Of a stretch of DNA of 64,000 bases, positions 56,340-64,000 are shown one piece after another. The notes under the pieces are model-generated. The model ran no database searches, was not told the origin of the DNA, and saw only the letters and a program-made list of their open reading frames with translations. Position 1 is the first letter of the stretch; every line of letters starts with the position of its first letter. The position numbers were made by a program, and so were the translations under genes. This DNA comes from Actinomycetota bacterium (GTDB taxonomy: Bacteria; Actinomycetota; AC-67). The stretch covers positions 26,383 through 90,382 of the forward strand of contig JBBDRM010000100.1 in the NCBI GenBank assembly GCA_040905475.1, read 5' to 3'.

Positions 56340-57893
56340 TCAGATCGCCCGTTCGCGTCCGGCCCAGTACGGGTCGCGCAGCTTGCGCTTGTAGAGCTTG
56401 CCGTTGGGATCGCGCGGAATCTCGGCGATGAAGTCGATCGTGCGCGGGATCTTGTACTTCGCGAGACGGTCGGAGAGGAACGCGGTCAGCTCTTGCTCGA
56501 GCGCCGGGCCCGGCTCGATGCCGGCCGACGGCTCGACGACGGCCTTGACCTCCTCGCCCCAGTCGTCGTGCGGGATGCCGAACACGGCGGCATCGCCGAC
56601 CTTGGGGTGCTGGTGCAGCGTTCCCTCGATCTCGGCGGGATAGATGTTGACGCCGCCCGAGATGATCATGTCGATCTTGCGGTCCATCAGGAACAGGTAG
56701 CCGTCCTCGTCGAGGTAGCCGATGTCCCCGACGGTGAAGAAGCCCTCATTCCAGGTCTTGTCGGTCTTCGCCTTGTCCTTGTGGTACTCGAAGGTGTAGT
56801 CGCCCATCTTCATCCACACGGTGCCTGGCGTCCCCGCCGGGACGGGCTTGTTGTCGTCGTCGAGCACCGAGACCTGCGAGATCGGCCACGGCTTCCCGAC
56901 CGTGCCGGGCTTCTTCAGCCACTCCTCCGGCGTGACGAGCGTGCCGCCGCCCTCGGTGGCGGCGTAGTACTCGTAGATCACCGGGCCCCACCAGTCGAGC
57001 ATCCTGCGCTTGGTCTCGATCGGGCACGGCGCGGCCGAGTGGATCATGTAGCGCAGCGAGCCGAGATCGCGGGTGTCCTTCGCGTCGTTCGGGAGCGCGA
57101 GCAGACGGTGGAACTGCGTGGGAACCATGTGCGAGCTCGTCACCTTGTAACGCTCGATGCGCTCGAGCGTGCCCTCGGGGGTCCACTTGTCCATCAGCAC
57201 GACGTTGTGACCCATGTGCAGGGAGCTCGACGCGAAACGCAGCACGGCCGTGTGGTACAGCGGCGAGACGACGAGGTGGGTGTTGTTGTCTTTCGGCTGG
57301 ATGCCGAACAGCATCAGGAACAAGCCGTTCAGCTCGGCGTTGGTGTCGGGGTCGAAAGGGCTCCCCGGACGGCGAACGCCCTTTGGGCTGCCGGTCGTTC
57401 CGGCGGTGTAGTTCATGATGTCGCCGGTCGCCCGGTCCTCGGGCATGGCGTCCGGCCGGCCGGCCTTCACGTCGGCGTAAGGACGAAAGCCTTCGATGTC
57501 TCCGGCGACCGCGAAGCGCGCGTCCGTCGGGAAGCTCGCCTCCTCGGCCGCGGCGTGCGCGGCGTCGGCGTATCGCGCTTCGGAGATGAAGGCTTTGGCC
57601 TCGGAGTCCTCGAGGATGTACGCGATCTCCGGCGCCGTGAGGTGGTAGTTGATCGGCACGAGGTACCAGCCCGCCTGCATGACGGCGAGGTAGGCCTCGA
57701 CCGCGGCGATCGAGTTCGGGAGCAGGATCGCGACGGTGTCGCCCTTGTTCAGGCCGAGCGCACGCAGCCCGTGAACGAGGCGGTTCGTCTCGGCGAGCAG
57801 CTCGCCGGCCGTGACCTCGACCCCCTCGGGATCGACGAGCGCCAAGCGCGAAGGATCGGCCTGCGCGAGGTTCCAGAACCCGAGTTCGCCCAC
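56340..57893 (-). CDS. Acyl-CoA synthetase (AMP-binding, FadD family)
   Basis: The sequences TAGTTGSPKGV, GDIGYLDEDGYLFLMDRKIDMI and YPAEIE are present. The start is either GTG at 57893 (preferred, because it places the operator upstream) or GTG at 57953. Confidence 0.8.
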   Translation of the reverse strand: MGELGFWNLAQADPSRLALVDPEGVEVTAGELLAETNRLVHGLRALGLNKGDTVAILLPNSIAAVEAYLAVMQAGWYLVPINYHLTAPEIAYILEDSEAKAFISEARYADAAHAAAEEASFPTDARFAVAGDIEGFRPYADVKAGRPDAMPEDRATGDIMNYTAGTTGSPKGVRRPGSPFDPDTNAELNGLFLMLFGIQPKDNNTHLVVSPLYHTAVLRFASSSLHMGHNVVLMDKWTPEGTLERIERYKVTSSHMVPTQFHRLLALPNDAKDTRDLGSLRYMIHSAAPCPIETKRRMLDWWGPVIYEYYAATEGGGTLVTPEEWLKKPGTVGKPWPISQVSVLDDDNKPVPAGTPGTVWMKMGDYTFEYHKDKAKTDKTWNEGFFTVGDIGYLDEDGYLFLMDRKIDMIISGGVNIYPAEIEGTLHQHPKVGDAAVFGIPHDDWGEEVKAVVEPSAGIEPGPALEQELTAFLSDRLAKYKIPRTIDFIAEIPRDPNGKLYKRKLRDPYWAGRERAI

Positions 57894-57902
57894 GTCGGCG
57901 AA

Positions 57903-57919
57903 ATTAGAACACGTTCTCG
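57903..57919 (-). promoter_or_regulatory. KstR-type TetR operator-like site (sense of fadD: GAGAACGTGTTCTAATT)
   Basis: It matches the TnnAACnnGTTnnA consensus and is identical to the 17-mer at 60468-60484. It lies about 10 nt upstream of the preferred fadD start. Confidence 0.5.
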
Positions 57920-57968
57920 TTATTGGGCGCAACCTGCCCGGCAGCCAGGGCACGAGCCCCGCGCCACG

Positions 57969-60362
57969 TCATTCCGTCCGGAGGATCACGGCCGGTTGGA
58001 GGCGTGCCGCCGTGCGGCCGGGGATCGCCGCCATCAGGTTCGCGAGGAGGATCGCCGCCGGAGCGATGAGCAGGACGACGATCACCGGTACCACCGCGCG
58101 CGGCACCACGCTGATCTGGGCGGCGAGCAGATGCCACGTCCAGCGTCCGAGCGCGATCCCGCCGGGCACCGCTGGGCAGATCGACGCGACCGTCAGCACC
58201 GTCGCCTGCCAGGCGACGGTCGCGCGGAGTTGCCGCCCCTCGAACCCGAGGGTCTTGAGGATCGCAAGGTCCCGGCTCCGGCGCCGCACGCCGCTCGCCA
58301 TCGTGTGCGCGAGGGTGGCAGCGGCGACGACCGCGAGGATCGACCCGAGGACGAGCGGGAGGCTGCGGACACGACCGAAGCTGACGACGTCCGCCGGGGT
58401 CTCGCTGGGTCCTTCGCCAAACTCTTCCGCCGTCCGTCCGAAGAGGGGGGCCAGGGAGCTGATCACCTCCTCACGGTCGGCCCCGGGGGCGAACCGGATC
58501 ATCGCGTCGCTCACGAGGCCGGTCAGGTCGATGCCGGGAGGAGCCAGCCGGAACGCTCCGTCCAGGGTCAACAACGCGCCCTCGCCCGGCTCGGCGTTCA
58601 CGAATCCGAATGGTGGGATCACCGTCTGTCCGACGATCGTGTAGGCGGCGGGCTGAGCTTCGCCGATGGGGATGCGAACCCTGATCGTGTCTCCTATCCG
58701 GGCGTGAACGCGTCGCGCGGTCTTGGAAGTGAGCGCGATCTCGTTCGGGTTGCCGGGCTCGCGGCCGTCCACGATCGGCGGCCCGGCGGCGCCGCGCACC
58801 GGTTCGATGCCGAGCGCGAAGACCTGCCGGCCGCCGACCTCGAGCGGGATATCGGTTCCGATCGTCACGTCGGTGACGCCGGGATTGGCGAGGAACCCGG
58901 CCGTGTTGTCCCGGAGGTCGGGCCCGTCGCCGTAGTGGGTAAGGAACGCGTCCCAGCCCACGCCGTACAGGGGCGGGGAGGCGATCAGGTGGTTGAGGCT
59001 CGCGCCGAACGTCACCGTCGCGATGAGCACCGCGAGGCCGAACGCGGCACCGACGACCGACGACCGAACGGGGACGGCCGTGCCTCCGCGCCCCATCTCG
59101 AACGCGAGGCGCGCTCCGGCGACGCCGGAGGCGGGCATGGACGCGCGGGCGAAGAATGCCGCGACGCGCGAAGGGCGGAGCGCGAAGCTTTCCCGCAACG
59201 AAGACGCCGAACGCATCCGGGCCGACCTCCACGCGGGATACGCCGTCAGCAGGACGGTCACGAGGAGCAGGCCGGCGGCGCCGAGGCCGACGACCGAGAC
59301 GTCGAACGCGAGGCCGGGAGAGGGCTCCGCGAAGCGCGCGTCCCCGACGGGAGTCAGCGGCGATAGCGCGAACGCGACGAGGACGGCGAGCGCGGCCGAC
59401 GCGATCCCGACGATCCCGGCCCGAAGGACCCCGATCGACGCGAGCCATCCGCGTCCGAAACCCAACGCCGAAAGCGTCGGGAAATCTCCCGAGCCGAGGA
59501 ACGTCTGCCGTGCGAGCGCTTGTCCGCCGATGAGGATCGTCGCGATGCCTCCGAACAGCGCGAGGAACCAGAGGCCGGTGGCCTGGAAACGGAACGAGCG
59601 TTGCGTGCCGAAGCCGAGCTCCTCGGCCGTGGTCGGGAAGAGCGGCAGCTCGGGCGCGAGCTGGTCGAGGGCGGCGCGAAACGCGGGAACGTCCGCGGCG
59701 CCGTTCTTCAGCTTGAGGAACAGCGTTCCGCGCTCCGGCGCCCCGTCCCCCGAGGAGAGCCTGTTCCCGTAGACGCGGAACAGCGCGGGCGTCAGGTGGA
59801 TCGAGGGGTAGAGCCCAACGTATTGGGGAGGGAAGTCGCCGGGCCCGGCGACGATCCCCACGACCTTCAACATCGCATTGGGCAGTCCCTCTGCCGCCAG
59901 GTCGTCGTCGAACTCGTCCTCGACGAGCGGGAATTCGCTTCCGACTTTCAGATCCAGGACGCGCGCGATCCCGATGCCGACCACGACTTCCTCCACTCGC
60001 GAGGAGTCGTACATGCGCCCCTCGATGATCTTGAAGCGGTTGATCGTCCGGCCGAGCCGATCGTCCACGGACGCCACGGCAGCGTGGTCGCGCTCGAGGA
60101 ATATGACCAGCGACCCGCGGGCGTACGCGGAGACCTGGGGCAAGCGGATGATCTCGTCGAGGGGGACGTCGATCCCGAAGCTCCCGTCGTCGAGGATGAT
60201 GAGATCCGCGGCGGTCTGCGCCTCCAAGAACCGGTCGTGCGCGCTGTCGGTTCGTCGCGCGCCGGCGGCGGCCGCGATCACGATCCCTCCGGCGAGTCCG
60301 AGCAGCAGCACGATCCCGGTAAGCGCCTTCCAGCGAGCACGAAGCTCGGCTCGTAGCCACAT
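57969..60362 (-). CDS. FtsX/MacB-type ABC-transporter permease with two FtsX-like domains; no ATPase gene in the window
   Basis: The likely start is MWLRAELRARWKALTGIVLLLGLAGG. There are multiple TM helices and two large extracytoplasmic loops. The first 48 codons of the track ORF are probably not coding. The exact start is +/-1 nt. Confidence 0.7.
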   Translation of the reverse strand: MWLRAELRARWKALTGIVLLLGLAGGIVIAAAAGARRTDSAHDRFLEAQTAADLIILDDGSFGIDVPLDEIIRLPQVSAYARGSLVIFLERDHAAVASVDDRLGRTINRFKIIEGRMYDSSRVEEVVVGIGIARVLDLKVGSEFPLVEDEFDDDLAAEGLPNAMLKVVGIVAGPGDFPPQYVGLYPSIHLTPALFRVYGNRLSSGDGAPERGTLFLKLKNGAADVPAFRAALDQLAPELPLFPTTAEELGFGTQRSFRFQATGLWFLALFGGIATILIGGQALARQTFLGSGDFPTLSALGFGRGWLASIGVLRAGIVGIASAALAVLVAFALSPLTPVGDARFAEPSPGLAFDVSVVGLGAAGLLLVTVLLTAYPAWRSARMRSASSLRESFALRPSRVAAFFARASMPASGVAGARLAFEMGRGGTAVPVRSSVVGAAFGLAVLIATVTFGASLNHLIASPPLYGVGWDAFLTHYGDGPDLRDNTAGFLANPGVTDVTIGTDIPLEVGGRQVFALGIEPVRGAAGPPIVDGREPGNPNEIALTSKTARRVHARIGDTIRVRIPIGEAQPAAYTIVGQTVIPPFGFVNAEPGEGALLTLDGAFRLAPPGIDLTGLVSDAMIRFAPGADREEVISSLAPLFGRTAEEFGEGPSETPADVVSFGRVRSLPLVLGSILAVVAAATLAHTMASGVRRRSRDLAILKTLGFEGRQLRATVAWQATVLTVASICPAVPGGIALGRWTWHLLAAQISVVPRAVVPVIVVLLIAPAAILLANLMAAIPGRTAARLQPAVILRTE

Positions 60363-60467
60363 CAGCACCGCGCTCACGCGCCGAACATACCGCCACCGTG
60401 GTCTCGGCTCGATGCAGCCCGCCACCGTGTCCACGGGGGTGCCAGCACGGCGGTTGAGCCCGCGAGG

Positions 60468-60484
60468 GAGAACGTGTTCTAATT
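60468..60484 (+). promoter_or_regulatory. KstR-type TetR operator-like site GAGAACGTGTTCTAATT in the permease/ADH divergent region
   Basis: It is about 35 nt upstream of the ADH ATG and an inverted copy of the 57903-57919 site. Confidence 0.5.
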
Positions 60485-60517
60485 CTTGTCCAACCAGTCC
60501 GAGCACGGAGGTCGACG

Positions 60518-61597
60518 ATGCGAGCAGCTATCCTTCCTGGTCTCAACGAGAAGCTCGAGGTACGCGACGACGTGAGCGTCGTCGGGCCGGGCCCCGGCGA
60601 GGTCCACATCCGGATCGTCGCCAGCGGCGTCTGCCACTCCGATATCTCGGCGCAGAACGGGACGCTGCCGTCGCCGATGCCCGGCGTGCTGGGGCACGAG
60701 GGTGCCGGCGAGATCCTCGCCGTCGGCGACGGCGTGACGACCCTTGCTCCCGGCGATCACGTGATCGTGTCCTGGGTCCCGCCGTGCGGATGGTGCCGCT
60801 TGTGCCTCGAGGGACAGCCCAACCTCTGCCAGACGTATCTGTTCGATGCGCTCACGGCGCAGCGGTTCACGATGGGCGACACACCGATCGGCGCGATGGC
60901 CGGGACCGGCACGTTCGCCGAGGAACTCGTCGTCCCGCAGGTCGCAGCGATCAAGATCCCCGACGACGTGCCGCTCGACGTGGCCTCGCTGGTGGGGTGC
61001 GGGGTGATGACGGGCGTCGGCGCCGCGCTTAACACCGCCAAAGTAAGGCCCGGCTCGTCCGTGGTCATCTTCGGCTGCGGTGGCGTGGGAGTGAGTGCGA
61101 TCCAAGGCGCGCGCATCGCCGGCGCGGCGGAGATCGTGGCGGTGGACCTCCTTGACCACAAGCTCGAGTCCGCGAAGAAGTTCGGCGCGACGCACGCGGT
61201 GAAGCCGGGCGATCTCGCGGCGTTGTCCGCCGACCTGACCGGCGGGCTCGGCTTCGACTACGCGTTCGAGGTGATCGGGCTCCCCGACACGATCCGCAGC
61301 GCGTGGGATGCAACCCGGCGCGGCGGGACGACGGTCGTCGTCGGAGCCGGCCGGGCCGAGGCGATGGTGTCGTTCAGCGCGTTCGAACTGTTCTATTTCG
61401 AGAAGAAGCTGCTCGGCTGCTTCTACGGCTCGGCGGACGTCCGCACGGACTTCCACCGGATGTTGCGGCTGTGGCGGGCCGGAAAGCTCGACCTCGAGGG
61501 CATGATCACGCGACGGATCGACCTGTCGGAGATCAACGACGCGTTCGACGCCTGCAAGAACGGCGACGTGATCCGCACGGTCATCGAGTTCAAGTAA
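60518..61597 (+). CDS. Zn-dependent alcohol dehydrogenase (MDR family)
   Basis: The sequences GVCHSD, GHEGAGEI, and the Rossmann motif GCGGVG are present. Confidence 0.85.
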   Translation: MRAAILPGLNEKLEVRDDVSVVGPGPGEVHIRIVASGVCHSDISAQNGTLPSPMPGVLGHEGAGEILAVGDGVTTLAPGDHVIVSWVPPCGWCRLCLEGQPNLCQTYLFDALTAQRFTMGDTPIGAMAGTGTFAEELVVPQVAAIKIPDDVPLDVASLVGCGVMTGVGAALNTAKVRPGSSVVIFGCGGVGVSAIQGARIAGAAEIVAVDLLDHKLESAKKFGATHAVKPGDLAALSADLTGGLGFDYAFEVIGLPDTIRSAWDATRRGGTTVVVGAGRAEAMVSFSAFELFYFEKKLLGCFYGSADVRTDFHRMLRLWRAGKLDLEGMITRRIDLSEINDAFDACKNGDVIRTVIEFK

Positions 61598-61601
61598 CCG
61601 C

Positions 61602-62438
61602 GTGTCGACGGTCGTCGTCACCGGATCCGCCTCCGGGATCGGTGCCGCCTGCGCCGCGCGCCTCGCGAGCGAAGGCCATGAGATCATCGGCGTCGACATG
61701 CGCGACGCGGATGTGATCGCGGATCTGTCGACCGTGGACGGCCGCCGCTCGGCGATCGACGCTTGCGGTTCGGCGCCTGGAGGGTCGATCGCGGGCCTGG
61801 TGACGTGCGCCGGCCTTGCGGGGATGCCCGACCGGCCGGGGTCGCTGCTGACGGCGGTGAACTACTTCGGCACCGTCGAGCTGCTGGAAGGGTTGCGGCC
61901 GCTGCTCGGCGGCGGAGCGGCGGTCGCGATCAGCTCCAACTCGACGACCGTGCAGCCCGGTGTGCCGATGGACGTCGTCGAGGCATGCCTTTCCGGGGAC
62001 GTCGAGCGCGCGGCCGCAGCGGCCGACGCGACGCCCGGCGGATCGATCGCGACCTACCCCGCCACCAAGATGGCGGTCGCCCGTTGGGTACGGCGGCAGG
62101 CGCCGCGGAAGGCGTGGATCGGAGCCGGGATCCGGCTCAACGCGGTCGCGCCGGGGTTGATCACGACTCCGATGACCGACGAGCTTCGCTCCGATCCCCT
62201 CCTCGGCCCGGCGCTCGACCTGTTCCCCGTGCCGATGGGCCGGCCCGGCACGCCCGAGGAGGTCGCAGCGGTCGTATCGTTCTTACTCGGACCCGACGCG
62301 AGCTTGCTGGCCGGCTCGATCGTGTTCGCCGACGGGGGCTCGGACGCGAAGATCCGCGCCGACGACTGGCCGGCTCCATGGGTCGTGGACGATCCAGCCG
62401 CCGCGTGGTTCGGCGATCGGGAAGAGCCGGACGACTAA
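61602..62438 (+). CDS. SDR-family oxidoreductase (hydroxysteroid dehydrogenase-like)
   Basis: The sequence VVVTGSASGIGAA ... YPATK is present. Confidence 0.8.
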   Translation: MSTVVVTGSASGIGAACAARLASEGHEIIGVDMRDADVIADLSTVDGRRSAIDACGSAPGGSIAGLVTCAGLAGMPDRPGSLLTAVNYFGTVELLEGLRPLLGGGAAVAISSNSTTVQPGVPMDVVEACLSGDVERAAAAADATPGGSIATYPATKMAVARWVRRQAPRKAWIGAGIRLNAVAPGLITTPMTDELRSDPLLGPALDLFPVPMGRPGTPEEVAAVVSFLLGPDASLLAGSIVFADGGSDAKIRADDWPAPWVVDDPAAAWFGDREEPDD

Positions 62439-62459
62439 GCCCTGGGGTCGGGTACCTCT

Positions 62460-62504
62460 TTCCCGAAGCGTCAGACACGTCAGACACGTCAGACACTTCG
62501 GGAA
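62460..62504. repeat. Hairpin with a 9-bp stem (TTCCCGAAG/CTTCGGGAA) whose loop is three tandem copies of GTCAGACAC
   Basis: It sits between the convergent SDR and P450 genes. Confidence 0.4.
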
Positions 62505-62538
62505 GAAGGTCCTGACCCCTGCCGAGCTCAGACCGCGG

Positions 62539-63732
62539 CTAAAGGCGCTCGGGGGTGAACTTCACCGGCAGGTGCTTCAGGCCGTTGATGAAGTTGGAGC
62601 GCAGACGTGAGGGCGGGCCCGTCATGGCCATATCGGGCAGCCGCGCGAGCAGCTCCTCGAACATGATCTTGATCTCGAGCTCCGCCAGCGAGAAGCCCAG
62701 GCAGAAGTGCGCTCCGCCGCCGCCGAACGTCACGTGCTCGCACTCGGGCCTGCCGACGTCGAAGCGGTGCGGGTTCTCGAACACCTCGTCGTCGCGGTTC
62801 GCGGAGATGTACCAGAGGATCACCTTGTCGCCGGCCTTGATCTCCTGGCCGCGCATCTCGAAATCGCGCGTCGCCGTGCGGCGGAAGTGCATGACCGGCG
62901 TGGCCATGCGCAACATCTCGTTGATGGCGGTCGGGAGCAACGACTGGTCGTCGAGGAGCCGGTCGCGCTGCTCCGGGTTCTCCATCAGGAAGTGCATGCC
63001 GTGCGAGATCAGGTTGCGTGTCGTCTCGTTCCCGGCGACCGCGAGCAGCAGGAAGAACACGTCGAACTCGAGCTGGTTGAGCTTCTCGCCCTCGACCTCC
63101 GCCTCGAGCAGGAGGCTCAGCAGGTCGTCGCGACGCTCCTCGCGACGCTCCGCAGCCAGCTTGTCCCAGTAAGCGAACATCTCGGACGCGGCGTTGGTCG
63201 CGATCTCCATCGAGCCGCCGTACTCGGGGTCCGCCCCCATCGCGATCATCGTGTTCGACCAGTCGAAGATCTTGCGATGGTCTTCAGGCGGCACCCCGAT
63301 CATCTCGGAGATGACGGCGAGCGGCAGCTCGGCGGCCACGTCGACGACGAAGTCGCACTCCCCTTTCGTCGCGACCGAGTCGACGATCTGCCGGGCGATG
63401 TCTCGGATGTGCGGCTCGAGCTTGGCGATCATCTTGGGGTGGAAGCCGTGGCTCACGAGCTGACGCAGCCGCGTGTGTTGCGGCGGATCCATGTTGACCA
63501 TCATCAGATCGGCGCCGCCTTGCGGGTCCTCGATATTGGTTCCGTGCGCGGAGGAGAACGCCTCGTGATGCCGGGACGCGTCCACGACGTCGGCGTGCTT
63601 CACCAGGTTCCAGAAGCCCGTCCCGTACGGCTGCGGGTTGAACGAAACCGGCGCGTTCTCGCGCAGCCAGTCGAAGACGTGATGCGGGACGCTCGGGACG
63701 AAGAGATCGAGATCGTCGAGGTCGACGTTCAT
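62539..63732 (-). CDS. Cytochrome P450 (CYP125/CYP142-like steroid-hydroxylase family)
   Basis: The heme loop FGGGGAHFCLG and the EXXR motif are present. The C-terminus is ...LKHLPVKFTPERL. Confidence 0.9.
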   Translation of the reverse strand: MNVDLDDLDLFVPSVPHHVFDWLRENAPVSFNPQPYGTGFWNLVKHADVVDASRHHEAFSSAHGTNIEDPQGGADLMMVNMDPPQHTRLRQLVSHGFHPKMIAKLEPHIRDIARQIVDSVATKGECDFVVDVAAELPLAVISEMIGVPPEDHRKIFDWSNTMIAMGADPEYGGSMEIATNAASEMFAYWDKLAAERREERRDDLLSLLLEAEVEGEKLNQLEFDVFFLLLAVAGNETTRNLISHGMHFLMENPEQRDRLLDDQSLLPTAINEMLRMATPVMHFRRTATRDFEMRGQEIKAGDKVILWYISANRDDEVFENPHRFDVGRPECEHVTFGGGGAHFCLGFSLAELEIKIMFEELLARLPDMAMTGPPSRLRSNFINGLKHLPVKFTPERL

Positions 63733-64000
63733 CCGCGCTCTGGGGTGAACTTCACCGGCATGTGCTTGATGCCGTTCACGAAGTTCGACGCGAGGCGCTG
63801 CACCGGGCCGGCGAGCGCCATGTCGGGCAAACGGGCGAGCAGCTCCTCGAACATGATCTTGATCTCGACCTCGGCCAGCGAGAAGCCGAGACAGAAGTGC
63901 GCACCGCCCCCGCCGAACGTCACGTGCTCGCCGGGATTGCGGCCGACGTCGAAGCGGTGCGGGTCGGGGAACGCCTCCGGGTCGCGGTTCGCCGCCACGT
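63729..64000 (-). CDS. Cytochrome P450, C-terminal part; near-identical paralog of the downstream P450, and the gene runs off the window
   Basis: FGGGGAHFCLGFSLAEVEIKIMFEELLARLPDMA is about 85% identical to the neighbour over 90 aa. The stop overlaps the start of the next P450 (ATGA). Confidence 0.85.
   Translation of the reverse strand, partial: VAANRDPEAFPDPHRFDVGRNPGEHVTFGGGGAHFCLGFSLAEVEIKIMFEELLARLPDMALAGPVQRLASNFVNGIKHMPVKFTPERG

Noticed and set aside
55917-59366. 1149-aa plus-strand ORF
   Set aside because: It is antisense to the acyl-CoA synthetase and FtsX permease genes. It is Arg/Gly/Asp-rich low complexity and has no motifs.
57903-60484. The 17-mer inverted pair as terminal inverted repeats of a mobile element carrying the permease
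   Set aside because: Identity stops abruptly after 17 nt. There is no transposase and no target-site duplication. The sequence is an internal palindrome matching a known operator consensus. The operator interpretation is preferred.
60363-60506. Possible frameshift or pseudogene at the N-terminus of the FtsX permease
   Set aside because: My by-hand frame bookkeeping here was inconsistent by 1 nt with the supplied ORF track. I attribute this to my counting, not to a real lesion. The region upstream of the MWLRAEL start is probably non-coding anyway.
58471-60609. 712-aa minus-strand ORF overlapping the permease in another frame
   Set aside because: It is Arg/Pro/Gly-rich with no hydrophobic helices. 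The alternate frame encodes a coherent multi-TM FtsX protein.
62469-62495. GTCAGACAC x3 as a CRISPR array
   Set aside because: The units have no spacers between them, are only 9 nt long, and sit inside a hairpin loop. It is not a CRISPR array.
1-64000. tRNA, rRNA, tmRNA, RNase P and SRP RNA genes
   Set aside because: I saw no T-loop (GGTTCGAATCC-like) or other hallmark by eye in any intergenic region. A proper tRNAscan/Infernal run would still be needed.

Overview
This is a high-GC actinobacterial chromosome segment. It is gene-dense and mostly minus-strand.

Positions 1-29 kb hold a housekeeping block with mycobacterial-type synteny: comM, yraN, DUF2469, lepB, rnhB, lepB, rplS, trmD, rimM, a KH protein, rpsP and ffh, then ftsY, smc, acyP and moeZ, then fpg, rnc, rpmF, DUF177, a coiled-coil protein, coaD, rsmD, recG and yloV, then rpmB and thiD-thiL. 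Two apparent insertions interrupt it. A membrane sensor kinase plus an ANTAR response regulator sits between ffh and ftsY. A membrane-anchored caspase-like (C14) protease sits between moeZ and fpg.

Positions 29-41 kb are central metabolism: dodecin, an ATP-type pckA preceded by a perfect CRP/GlxR-type site, ddl, a MetB/MetY-like enzyme, threonine dehydratase, gpsA, plsC, cofC with an F420-type LLM oxidoreductase, csp and hupB.

Positions 41.7-45 kb carry two predicted surface proteins. One is a Zn-ribbon/TM/beta-propeller protein. The other is a DUF11-like protein with an LPETG sorting signal.

Positions 45.2-64 kb look like a steroid/branched-lipid side-chain beta-oxidation island reminiscent of the mycobacterial igr module. 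It has a 13-gene minus-strand operon with 4 fadE, 3 thiolase-like genes, MaoC hotdogs including a hotdog-DUF35 fusion, 2 DUF35, an SDR and fadD. It also has an FtsX-type permease, a Zn-ADH plus SDR, and tandem duplicated CYP125/142-like P450s. Two inverted copies of a 17-mer matching the KstR operator consensus flank the permease.

No rRNA, tRNA, CRISPR array or recognisable mobile element was seen. Many long ORFs in the track are antisense or N-terminal read-through artefacts of the high GC content. Start coordinates were refined from conserved N-termini and start-codon/RBS inspection and may be off by a codon or, in places, +/-1 nt.
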